Below, piece by piece: positions 49,790-60,785 of a stretch of 64,000 nt of DNA. Position numbers and translations under genes: made by a program. This stretch comes from Squalus acanthias (lineage: Eukaryota). The DNA lies in the NCBI GenBank assembly GCA_030390025.1, contig CM059436.1, forward strand, positions 84,692,001 through 84,756,000. Reading direction: 5' to 3'. The notes beneath the pieces were generated by a model. That model was not told where the DNA came from. It saw only the letters and a list, made by a program, of their open reading frames with translations, and did not search any database. Every line of letters begins with the position of its first letter. The stretch's first letter is position 1.

Positions 49790-50585
49790 CTCACCCCACC
49801 TACCAATGCCCCCTTGTACTCTGCCAGCAGAAAAACAAACCACCCCTCCCTGAATTTCTCTCCAGAAGATCTATTCACTAGTGAACCAGGTTCTTTGCAT
49901 CCACAATCCACATCTTATTCTGGATGAACGTATGGACCTCCTGGCTTTGACAAACTTGGCTCACAGGTGGAGACATCCTCTCTTTTATGGAAGCCTCCCT
50001 GCCTGAACTGCCATAGTGGCGGTGTCACCCTTAGCACCAAGTCACACCGTAGCCTCTCCCCGCCATCTTCTCATTCAAGCATCTCACCTTGTTACAAACC
50101 TCTCGCCTATGCTTTAAAATCCTCATGGTCTACCAGCCTCCCAAGCTTCGCCCAGAGATATCTTCCCTCTTGCAGCCTCTACACTGAATGCCACTTCATC
50201 TTCAATTTCTGCACTCCTTACCATTACTTCAATGAGCTCACTGCCTTCCTGTCATCCCTAAACCTCTCCCTCCATAAACACTCTTCTACCCATATTCATG
50301 GTCACCCCCTTGACCTCGGCATCACCTGCGGCCTCTCTACTCCCACGGTCTTCATCATTGACAAGGCCATCTCCAACCAATTCCTTGCAACTTCATTTAC
50401 TCCTGTCCCACCTCTGGAAAAATTCTTTCCCATGTTACTTACAACCACAGTTTCAAAGTCCCACTATCTCCCATCCTAGTGATTTGCTCTGGCATGGCCC
50501 CTATCTTCAATCCATAATGTTAAAGGATGCAGATTCGAGCATATTTTGGTTTAGCCATCCATCACCAGATCAGGCTGGACCACAA
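49790..50585 (+). mobile_element. L2-like LINE remnant (AP-endonuclease region)
   Basis: C-rich strand with the motif THIHGHPLDL...AISNQFL, typical of the LINE endonuclease end. Confidence 0.65.
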
Positions 50586-51358
50586 AAAAAAGGTTTGTAA
50601 CAGGTCTAAAAAAAGTAAAATGTTTTTATTACAAAAATGAGATTAAACTCACCTATGTTAGAAATGCCTGGAACAATGTTTTTCGTGGCAAGCCTGTGAG
50701 ATGCCAGAACCTTTGGTTCATACAAGTTCGCAGAGCCATCACTGTTAGCTGAGGAGACTAACCATGAAAGCAGCCTACAGCATGCATCGGTTACAACTTT
50801 TAGAATTTTTTGTTTGACAAGAGTGGGCATCCACGAAGCATGCTAGATATTTCTGTTTCTAAACCCCACTCATCCAATGGAAAATTGAAACTCTCAAATA
50901 ATTCTGACAATGAAAGTAACTGGAATCTGTCTTTTCTTTTGCATAAAGGCAATATGAACTCCAACTTTTTTTCCTGAGGTATTATATTTGAGAACAATTC
51001 ACATTACTATATTCAAAGGGTTATTTCCAGTATGTTTATGTCTGAGAAATAAAACTTTAAACGATGTAAAATTTCAAAGTGGAAGCTTAACCTTTAAAAA
51101 AAGGTTCCAACCGCATATAGTGGGTGCGTACATGCCAACACAACTTGCCCGCTATACACGGTGGAATGTAAAACCACCTGACTGAAGCTGCCCAAAGACT
51201 CCACTTTCTGACTGCCTCCCATAGTTCTAAAGTGAGAACAGCCACTTGAAGTGTCTGAAGTCTACATCAGCTGTTTGCACTGTTAACAACGACGAGAGCC
51301 AGTTGTTCAGTGCAAACAGCCGATTGAAGCTGCTGGAAGACCTGACTTTCCTGAATTC

Positions 51359-51496
51359 GTGATGCGGAGATGCCGGTGTTGGACTGGGGTGGACAAAAAT
51401 GAGAAGTCGCACAACACCAGGTTATAGTCCAACAGATTTATTTAAAATTACAAGCTTTCGGAGCTGTCGCCCCTTCGTCAGGCAAAGGTACAGTGA
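51359..51496 (-). mobile_element. Penelope-like terminal fragment, family A
   Basis: 11-bp direct repeat TTCCTGAATTC (51348-51358, 51497-51507). Matches 33792-33920. Confidence 0.78.
51448..51485 (-). ncRNA. Minimal type I hammerhead ribozyme
   Basis: Minus strand reads UUGC CUGACGA A GGGGC gaca GCUCC GAAA GCUU GUAA: stem I UUGC/GUAA, 5-bp stem II, palindromic AAGCUU stem III. Confidence 0.72.
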
Positions 51497-51784
51497 TTCC
51501 TGAATTCAGCACAGCTCTGAAATCAATAAGTACTGAAGCTGCCCAAAATAGCCTGCGTACTTGATACGTTTTAAGCAGCGCCGTTGTAAGTGACGCCTAT
51601 GGTGATGACAAACAGTTAGCGCCATTTGCCCGATATAGGCGACTGTCTGTGATAAACGCAGATGGTGTAAGTGGTGGGGACTGTATTCTAAACTGTTACA
51701 GCAGCTGCCTTTTATTTGTACTGAGAATTTGAAAACTATGGTGTACATATAAATGGGTAGCATCGCCCGACAGCGCTGTAATAT

Positions 51785-52085
51785 TCTTCGACAGCACCTC
51801 CCAAACCCATGACTTCTACCACCAGAAGGACAACGGCAGCAGGCGTATGGGAACACCACCATCTCCAAGTTACACACCATCCTGACTTGGAAATATATCG
51901 CCATTCCTTCATCGTCACTGGATCAAAATCCTGGAACTCCCTCCCTAACAGCACTATGAGTACCTTCACCGCACAGACTGCAGCGGTCCAAGGCGGCGGC
52001 TCACCACCTTCTCAAGGTCAATTAGAGATGGGCAATAAATGCTGGCCTTGCTAGCGATGCTCGCATCCCAGGAACAAATAAAAAA
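51785..52085 (+). mobile_element. LINE 3' end (CR1/L2-superclade)
   Basis: YRHSFIVTGSKSWNSLP motif, short 3' UTR with AATAAA and an A-rich tail. Confidence 0.8.
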
Positions 52086-53719
52086 ATCATTAAGTTATGG
52101 GGGATATTCTGAAGCATACCATCACCCACACCTCACATTATGACAGTGCAACTAATGATTCACTGAGAAAAGTTACAGGCAATCTGCATATGTCTCCAGA
52201 AGGACTTCAATTCATGTTCACTACAAAGACACACTGCACAGGAATGAGCTTGCCTCATGCTCACAAGAACCTTGCAAATCTAACTCTCGGGAAGGTCAGA
52301 TGTTGAGATCTTGTAATACGGTGTTACCGCCCCTAGCATCCTGAAAGGGTTTCCCAGTAACTTTACTGACTTTGCACTATATTGTATTGTGGCGAACAAA
52401 GAAACCTGAATATATGACACTAGTTCAAATGTAGAAAAATAACTTGTATCTGGAAAGGAAATATTGCATGTTTAAGTATCAAGTACAATATTTGAATCAG
52501 TCTTATAGATATGCTTTTTGAACATTTGTATAATTTTAATTGATTATAGAAATCAAAATTGCCAAATTGAATAAAGCAAATACTACAATGAATTAAATTT
52601 CTAATAGCAACTTCTATTTGCAGAAACTATCTGTATGATGTTGATCATTCTGCTCACGTGCAAGTTTCAGACTTGTTCAAATGAGGATTAGAACTCAAGT
52701 TTTTCATAACTTATAATGAAGACTGATTAGGTTTTAGGTTTGTGAAAATCACTGTACAAGATTCTTGGAACAATTATCTACATTTTTTAGGGATGGGGAA
52801 GAGAAATCAAGATATCAATCTGTAAAATGAGTATGGTGATTTAACTTGAGCAGCACAGGATACATTACAAGAAAATACCTTGGTTCACCTAGAAGCAGCG
52901 TTTTGTTTAAAAAAGAAAGCTTTCTTTTTTTTAATACAACTGAGCATTAAATTGCAGAGAGAAAAGCTCATCACTTTTCAACCCTATTAGGCCATATTTT
53001 TAGATGCTTGTTAACATTTCCACCGTGAACTGAAGTGAGAACTCTTCTAATCAGCGTGACAATCAGGAAAAGCCTTGGTGTTTACTGATTGCACTAATCA
53101 AAACCAATTTTCAAATGCAGTTAATTGGCAAGCTTACAATGAAATGAAAGCATGTCATAAATCAGATTCAATTTTGGATTGCAAAAACCAAATATGCTAT
53201 TCACATCAAGTGCTTGCAGACTGCACTTGACTCCCACAAGTTATCAGCACTCAGACAATTCATCAGCAGCACGTAGACTGAAATATCCTAGTCAAATCAA
53301 AGACTGCTGATGGAAACACCCACAACATATATTTTAGGGTGGAGGGGGAAAAAAAATAACATTCTGATTGACCGTACTGCCCTTCCACTATCTATAACCA
53401 ATTCTCAACACCACTAACCTTTGACATGATTTTCCACAGGCAGTAAGTGGACTGTGGGGGTGCTGATGACAGTAGAAGACATGCAATGATTTTATTGCAT
53501 TAACAATTCAAAATTAAATGTTTTGTAGCACCAAAATGGGAATTATCTGGTTGTAGAAAATTTCTGAAGCCAGGATTTTTTATAAATTTGAATATGTACT
53601 AGTAACTGGAACTGGAAAAGCACATCGATTCTCATAACTACACAACAGAAACAGATATACCACAGGAGATGCACTCATGCCAATGAGAACAGTGCAGATG
53701 TTATTGACACGTATTAGGA

Positions 53720-54320
53720 AGACTGGAGTACAGTTTTGGTCTCCTTACCGAAGGAAGGATATAACTTGCCTTAGGAGTGCAACGAAGGTTCAGTGGACTG
53801 ATTCCTGGGATGGGGGGGTTGTTCTATGAGGAGAGATTGAATTCTCTACCCCAGAGTGCTGTGGATGCTCAGTCATTGAGTATATTCAAGACAGAGAGAT
53901 AGATTTTTGGGCACTAAGAGAATCAAGGGATATGGGGATAGAGCGGGAAGGTGGAGTTAATGTAGAAGAGCATGCTTACTATTTTGAGTTCTTAATGCAT
54001 GACAAAAGTGACCTGATGTGTCAAACTTGGTTATTGGACTTTGGATCCTCAACTGACTGAAACCAGGTCCAAATCCAGTTTTCCAGCCATCAGTGTTCAG
54101 TGATAGTAGCAGCGAGAATGTGGAACTCACTACCACATGGAGTAGTTGAGGCGAATAGCATAGATGCATTTAAGGGGAAGCAAGATAAATACATGAGGGA
54201 GAAAGGAGTAGAAGGATATGTTGATAGTGAGATGAAGGTGGGAGGAGGCTCAAGGAGCATAAACACCGACGTACACCTGTCGGGCCGAATGGGCCATTTC
54301 TGTGCTGTAAAATTCTATCC
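53720..54320 (+). mobile_element. Two short CR1 3' fragments (~53720-53960, ~54105-54320)
   Basis: VQFWSP and GYGD..G..WS remnants, WNSLP...AFKGK, and GGGCCGAATGG tail. Confidence 0.75.
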
Positions 54321-54985
54321 AGTATTTTGACATGGGTCCCAATTCCTCCCAGGAAACAGAAGAGAATAACTAATCGTTAAAATTCAAACAGAAAATGCCA
54401 GAAATATACAGAAGCTGCATCAGCATTGGAAAACAGAAAAGGCAGGTGAGCATTTTGATAGACACCCTTCAGGTTTCTAGCATTTGCAATTAGAGTTAGA
54501 GCTTAAAAAAAGGTTTTGTTACAAAATAGAACATATGGTTAGAAATTAGTATGCAAAGAGAGAAAAAGATTAAGAAATAGAAAGTACATAAAATCTTAAG
54601 TTTTGTAGTTACGGCTTTATATTGCAGCCTGGCACACCACAGCTGTATGTCATGTGTCTCAGAGTACACATAGGGTGCTGCTGCAAGGGAACATGGGCAG
54701 GAAATCCAGCATCTGCACAGCAACAGTGATGAGGCCTAACGGAGAGGCCGGGGGGCTGGCTGAATAGTTCAAGAGAGCCTCTGCAACCTCACGTTCACCG
54801 AAGTACAAGTAACTCTTAAAAAAAAAACTTTGTTCTTTCTTCCTCTCATTTCCCCTTTCTTTGCCTCTCTCCTTTTAATTTTTAAGCGTTCTCCTGTTGT
54901 TCATTTAGGCTGCTGGTAATTAGTTCTTCCTTGTTTTTCTGTGTAGCAATTGAAAGTAGAGAAGGAACATTGGGAGAGGGGTGGG

Positions 54986-55130
54986 GGTAGTGAACGGAAT
55001 TCGTCTTGAGCGGTCGCGAATCCCAGCCTATTATGCGCCTGCCCGATTTTGAAAATTGGACAGGAATGCAAGACAGGACACCAATTCACTAGACCGTTTT
55101 GTGCCACCGCCCAAGACGAATTTCACTGCC
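54986..55130. mobile_element. Short palindromic MITE
   Basis: GGTAGTGAA(CGG)AATTCGTCTTGAGCGGT versus ACCGCCCAAGACGAATTTCACTGCC inverted repeat. Confidence 0.7.
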
Positions 55131-55659
55131 ATGGTGTCAAAAAAGCCCACAGCGCAAGCGACAGGATAATAGAACGCTGCTTCGATTGCAGAGGAGACAG
55201 CAGCATTTGTTTTAAATATAAGACGCCCAAGTGAAGGTCTCCAGATCGTCAGGATCGCAAACAATCATACATGCACACTCTACCTAGGGGCAAAAAAGTA
55301 GCAGGGAGAGGCACCGAGCTTTCAGTACATGCAGATGTGGAGGCATCGAAAACTTCACAACCTAAGGGTCAGTTCACGCATTACAGCTCCAGGAATGGAT
55401 CAGTTGGCAAGCTGAGACCCTTGAAAAACTGGAGGGCCAAGTGAAGGAAAGCTGAAGTATTGAAACAATGGAAGGTGGGATTGGCTGTGTTTAATACCTC
55501 ATCCTAGCCTTTCCATTTTGTCTGCCCTCTCCTGGGTCCAGTGTCAACAGTATTCTTTTTCTCCTTATTGTAAGGCACTCTAACATTTACCCACACATGA
55601 AGAATACCATATAAATACAAGTTGCTGGTTTTTTTTTATAAAGTGACAGTGATATTTGA

Positions 55660-57660
55660 GCCAATCAGCATATTTGCAACATTAATGTAGTAAAACATCT
55701 CAAGGCAATTCACAGGAGCGTTAGCAAACAAGATGTGACACCGAGCCACATAAGGAGATATTAAGACAGGTGCTTGGTCAAAGAGGTAGGTTTTAAGGAG
55801 TAGAGAGAGGTGGAGAGACTTAGGGACGGAATTCCAGAGTTTAGAGCCTAGGCAGTTGAAGGAACGGCCGCCAATGGTGGAGCGATTAAAATTGGGGATG
55901 CACAAGAGGCCAGAGATAGGGAGAACAGAAAATACGAATTTCACTATTACAACTTATATTTACATAGTGCAATTAACATAGAAAAACACCCATAGGCGCT
56001 CCAGAGACGTAATATGATAAAAATAGATGCCAAGCCAAAGAAGTGGCTTTGGTCAAAGAGGTGGGTTTTATGGAGGATCATGAATGAGGAGAGGGAGAAC
56101 AGAGGGGTTTAGGGAGGGGAATTCCAAATGCTGAGATTGTGAACAGTCTGGTTCAACCCAAGATAGTGGCCAGGGAGGGGGATGGATTCATTGGAAAAGG
56201 TACAAAGTTTGTGATGGGGGTCGAACACACTGGCCCGGAATTTGCGGTAAGCAGCGAAACGACAGCGATCGCCACTGACCTCGAAGAAAGCTGCCCACAA
56301 AGAGATCTCAATCTCTGTGGCAAAAACATAAGCTTTATCGACATTAAATTGATTGCAGCCCTGTCAAAAGGGGATCCCCTAGCCTGGAGCAGCAGTGATG
56401 TCATCAAGCTGTCTAAGCAGCCAATCACATTGAAGAATTCTCACGGACAGCAAACCAGGAAATAAAAAGTACTGATTCAATTCACTTTTTAAAAGTTTAC
56501 AGACAGTGAAATAAAGATTGGAACATACACATGGGGTTAAGGTAGAAGCTGAAATATCAAACAAACTTTACATTTAAAAAAAAGTTTTTAATTATTTTTT
56601 AAAATCTAGTAATTTTCTATCATAATGAAGAAATTTAACATTCCACAAATATAAAATTAATTTTTCAGGGCCAGAACAGTTGTTCAGCAGTCAACATGCC
56701 ATTAAAACCTCAGTTACACCTATTCCAACAAGGCTTAACTTTTAACGGGGTGTTTAACAGCGATATTACAGCAGAAAAGCTCGAGTTTGTCAGTTCAACC
56801 GATTTCACTGATTTATGGGGAGTTCCACAGCGCAGCCTGTAGCGGAGCAGGGAATGACTGACCACAACTTCAGGATTTCCGTGTTTATCTGCGCATGCGC
56901 TAAATCCTGAAGTTACGATCTGTTTCAGAGGTGTAATGACAGCGAACGCCGACAATTCGCTGTTATTACCACCGCAAAATCTGGGCCAATGGCGTTGTTC
57001 TTCCCAAGTGTTAACTGGAGTTAATTGCAGCTCGTCCAAGATTGGAAGTTGGACAAGCAATCTGACAACACTGTGGCAATGGAATGGCAGAGAGATAGTG
57101 AAGAAGTAGAGCTGGGTGTCATAAGCATACAAGTGGAAGCTGATCTATGTCTTCAGATGATGTTGCCAAGGGATAGCATGTAGATGAGGAATAGGAGGCA
57201 GCCAAGGATAGAACCTCGGGGGACTGCAGAGGTCATGTGTCGGGGTGGGAAGAGAAACCATTGCTCGGATGCTCTGGCTACGGTTTGATAGGCAAGAGTG
57301 GAACAAAGCAAGAGTAGTCCCACTGAGCTGGCTAAAGGAGGAGATATGTTCGAAGATGTTGTTTGTGGTTGACCCTGTCAAAGGCTGCAGAGAGGTTGAA
57401 AAGAACGAGAAGGAATAGTGCACCATGATCACAGAGGATATAATTTGTGTCCTTGGTTAGGACTATTCGTGCTGTCGCAGAGACCGAAACCTAACTGGAG
57501 ATTCAAACATCGAGTTGAGAGAAAAACGGGCATGTATTTGGGAACTTTGAGAAGGAAGGGAGATTGGGTGTTAGTTTTCAAGGATAAAGGTATCAAGTGT
57601 GGGCTTGTTGAGTGGGAACCATTTAAAATGTCAGTTAGCATGGAGGTCAGGAAGAGAAGT
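55660..57660 (-). mobile_element. L2 LINE remnants (3' ends at ~55665 and ~55948; RT region to ~57660) interrupted by a MITE
   Basis: Minus-strand motifs GGRSF..LGSKLWNS.P, LLKTYLF, YAYDTQLY and LSNRSQS. Confidence 0.8.
56232..56987. mobile_element. Harbinger-like MITE inserted in L2
   Basis: 17-bp TIR GGCCCGGAATTTGCGGT / ACCGCAAAATCTGGGCC (2 mismatches), with 3-bp flanks ACT/AAT. Confidence 0.82.
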
Positions 57661-57882
57661 TTAAATGGATTTTTCAGTTTTTTGCAACTAATTTTCAAAA
57701 TGGCCCCTGATTAAACATACCAATCAGGCCATAAGTTTATAATAGCTACCAAGAGAGCTCAACTATTCACAAGTTTTATTTTTCATTTGTAAAATAGTAT
57801 CCTAAATCTGCAAATTTTAGGCCTTAGTTTATGATACATTTGCTACTTAATCTGTAAATCACAGGTTCATCAACTAACTTAC

Positions 57883-58019
57883 TTGGCAGTGGGACAGTCA
57901 GAGATGGTGGTGCTCTCATCAGTGGGGGCCGAGAATTTTTTCCTTGTTGATAACTAGGCGGAGGGGTGTAACTGTAAACACCACTTCCTCCTTGAGAGCG
58001 GTCTTTTGACATAACATGG
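57883..58019 (-). CDS. XRN2: XRN2 internal exon (4th from last)
   Basis: gttttag|C then HVMSKDRSQGGSGVYSYTPPPSYQQGKNSRPPLMRAPPSLTVPLP(S), then |gtaagt. Phase 2 in and phase 1 out fit both flanking exons. Confidence 0.9.
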
Positions 58020-58317
58020 CTAAAACAAAATTAAAGAGACAATATGTACACATGTGCATATAATACAAACCAGGTTATTCTTTTATTTTAAAACAATTTA
58101 AACTAATAAAAATGTGGTTTGCTCTGAGTGATGGGGACTGAAGCCATTGGTTTTTCAATGATCCATATCCTGTAGCTTTGCACAATGTGAAACATTTCTC
58201 CCAAAACCAGACATTAATATCGGAGAGTCCACGTTCAACATCCAAAACACAATCCCATTAAGTTTTCACAGAAATACTTCACAATTAAAGCCACAGCCAC
58301 ACTTTTACTGATTTATG

Positions 58318-58745
58318 ATTGAGAACTGAACTGAGAGGTTACACCTATCAGGAAAGATTGAACAGGCTGGGGCTCTTTTCTCTAGAAAACAGAAGACTGA
58401 GGGGTGACCCTATAGAGGTCTTAAAGATTATGGAAGGGTTTGATAGAGTCGACGTAGAGAAGATGTTTCCACTTGCGGGGAGACCAGAACTAGGGGACCA
58501 TAAATATAAGATGGACACTAATAAATCCAATAGGGAATTCAGGAGAAACTTCTTTACCCAGAGAGTAGAACTCGCTACCACAAGGAGTAGTTGAGGCAAA
58601 TAGCATAGATACATTTAAGGGGAAGCTAGGTAACACATGAGGGAGAAAGGAATAGGATATGTTGATGGGGTTAGAAGGGTGGGAAGAGGCTTGCATGGAG
58701 CATGGACTGGTTGGGCTGAATGGCCCGTTTCTGGGCTATGTAACT
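58318..58745 (+). mobile_element. CR1 3' fragment
   Basis: YQERLNRLGLFSLE.RRLRGD...FRRNFFTQRV followed by a CR1 3' UTR. Confidence 0.9.
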
Positions 58746-59214
58746 TTTCAGTCTTGCTGTCCCCACAAAAAAGGTACTGGCACATAGATTGTACGTCACA
58801 AAATGTTGAAGTTGCACTGGAGTGTACAAGTTGCACATGAATATGCAAAATATAAATTACATACCAAACAATTTCAGGAGCTGGTGTGCTGCTTCAGGCT
58901 GTACTAAAATCTGTATCAATACCATTACCTGGATGACAATAAGGAATTTATATGTTCTGCTCCCATGGCCAATAAGGACATGGACCAAAGGGAAGGCTGA
59001 TTTATATTCAATGCTGGAGAAGTTTACGTGGGAATAGCCTCACCCTCAAATCTTTACCAATTCAATTTTGCAAATAATCTCTACTCACATTCCAATCTCT
59101 GTCTGACCTGGTGTTAGAGAATCAAATCACAAAATCCCCCTGCACTAGTACAAAATCCAAAATTAAACATACTGAAGGCATTGTTTCCACCCAACAATCA
59201 AGTTAATCACATTA

Positions 59215-59797
59215 GCTCCACTCCCACTCTGACCTCACCGTCATCGGCCTCTTGCATTGTTCCACGGAAGCTCAGCGTAAGCGCGAGGAATAGCACCTCA
59301 TCTTTCGATTCCGCACTTTACAGCCTTCTGGACTCAACATAGAGTTCAACAATTTCAGATCATAACCTGGCCCCTATCATATATATATTTTTTATCCACT
59401 TTGTTTGCGCCTTCTGTTCTTCTCTCCCACATGGCAGCTGTTTTTCATTCTGCCAGCACAATTTACACTTCATCTAGAGCCATTCTTGGTTTCTTAACCT
59501 GTCCCATTACCATCTCCTTTTGCCTTGAATATCTCGTAATGTCTCTTAACTTCTCCTGCCTTCTATCCTATCACAGACCTTCCCTTTTGTTCTTTCATCC
59601 CCTCCCCATTTCCCAGCCCCTACACTTGCTTAAAAATCTGTTCCATTTCCTGCTTTTTTCCAGTTCTGACGAAAGGTCATCGACCTGAAACATTAACTCT
59701 GTTTCTCTCTTCACAGATGCTGCCTGACCTGCTGAGTTTCTCCAGCATTCTCTGTTTTTATTTCAGATTTCCAGCATCTGCAGTATTTTCTTTTTGG
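59215..59797 (+). mobile_element. Penelope-like element 3' part, family B (end of GIY-YIG ORF, 3' UTR, hammerhead, terminal repeat)
   Basis: SHSDLTVIGLLHC..EAQRKREE*HLIFRFRTLQPSGLNIEFNNFRS* (59215-59365) fits the PLE GIY-YIG C-terminus (..P.GLN). 10-bp direct repeat AATCACATTA (59205-59214, 59798-59807). Confidence 0.85.
59662..59698 (+). ncRNA. Minimal hammerhead ribozyme with one probable disabling substitution
   Basis: AGUU CUGACGA A AGGUC auc GACCU GAAA CAUU AACU. Stem I is AGUU/AACU. The stem III palindrome AACGUU appears as AACAUU, consistent with CpG decay. Confidence 0.65.
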
Positions 59798-60210
59798 AAT
59801 CACATTAAGCCCTTGAATGGAGTCTGAAACTGGCTTCACTGCAGGAAAAGTTGAGATGATGGAAGGCAACAAGGACAATGGCTGCGGTGATGGTATCAAC
59901 TAGGATCTGATTGATAGACAGTGATTGGAGTAGGCAGTGATCCGAGAAGGCTGTAGATCACTTGACTCTCCAGGGAATAAATTTTCTGAAGCGAACACTG
60001 TCCTTGTGGAATAAGACCAATTCTTAACAGTACATGGAGGTTTAACAAATGGGCAGGGGGTGGGGGGGGAAGAAAGGTAATTATTAGTACATACTGCGCC
60101 AGCATTAAGACAAGTAATTCCTGCTTTTAGTCTGTATCTTAAGTAAATTAGGAGGCAAACTCAAAGCTGGAGAGATAGTCTTGCAGATGCTGAAATGATC
60201 TTGCTAACTA

Positions 60211-60560
60211 CAGGAAACTCTCTTTTAACCGGCACCCAAATAACCGGAAATCTCTCTTAACCGGCAAAATTCTTGAGTAGGTAACCGGGGTTTTCCTTCA
60301 TCTCTCCTTTAAAAATAACTTCAAAAAAACCCGAGGCATTTGCCTTGTATCGGAGCATGTAGATTGGGAGGGGAATGTGCAGCCCGGGTAGGCAGCAGAC
60401 ACGACAGATGGTCAGCTGGCGGTCCCCGGGGAGACGGAGCTCCGAATGCAGGCGCATGTCAGTGTGTACGGGGCTCTCGTATGTTGGGAGATATAACTCT
60501 CCATTATCCGGACTGTTTGATTAACCGGCACCACGCCGGTCCCGGTTAATGAGTTTCCTG
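60211..60560. mobile_element. Tc1/mariner (Tigger/pogo-like) MITE
   Basis: TA|CAGGAAACTC...TTAACCGG and CCGGTTAATGAGTTTCCTG|TA, with internal TAACCGG repeats. Confidence 0.85.
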
Positions 60561-60612
60561 TATAACCTATTTAATTGAACTTTTACATTTGATGGCTTGG
60601 AATGTCACTCAC

Positions 60613-60744
60613 CCCAGTGTTCTAAATGCCGACTGGTCCAAGTGTACCTGCGGTCGATTTGGGTTAAAGCCAAGTCTCGGCCTCCAAGGCTGCTTTGAGT
60701 TAGACTGCTCCCAGTCACCTGGTTTCAGTACTTTAGGAGGCTTT
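60613..60744 (-). CDS. XRN2: XRN2 internal exon (5th from last)
   Basis: ctttcag|A then KPPKVLKPGDWEQSNSKQPWRPRLGFNPNRPQVHLDQSAFRTL(G), then |gtgagt. Strong match to human VLKPSDWE...WKPQLGFN...VHLDQAAFRTLG. Confidence 0.95.
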
Positions 60745-60785
60745 CTGAAAGAGAAAGGTGAAAACAAACAATTTAATGATCATTT

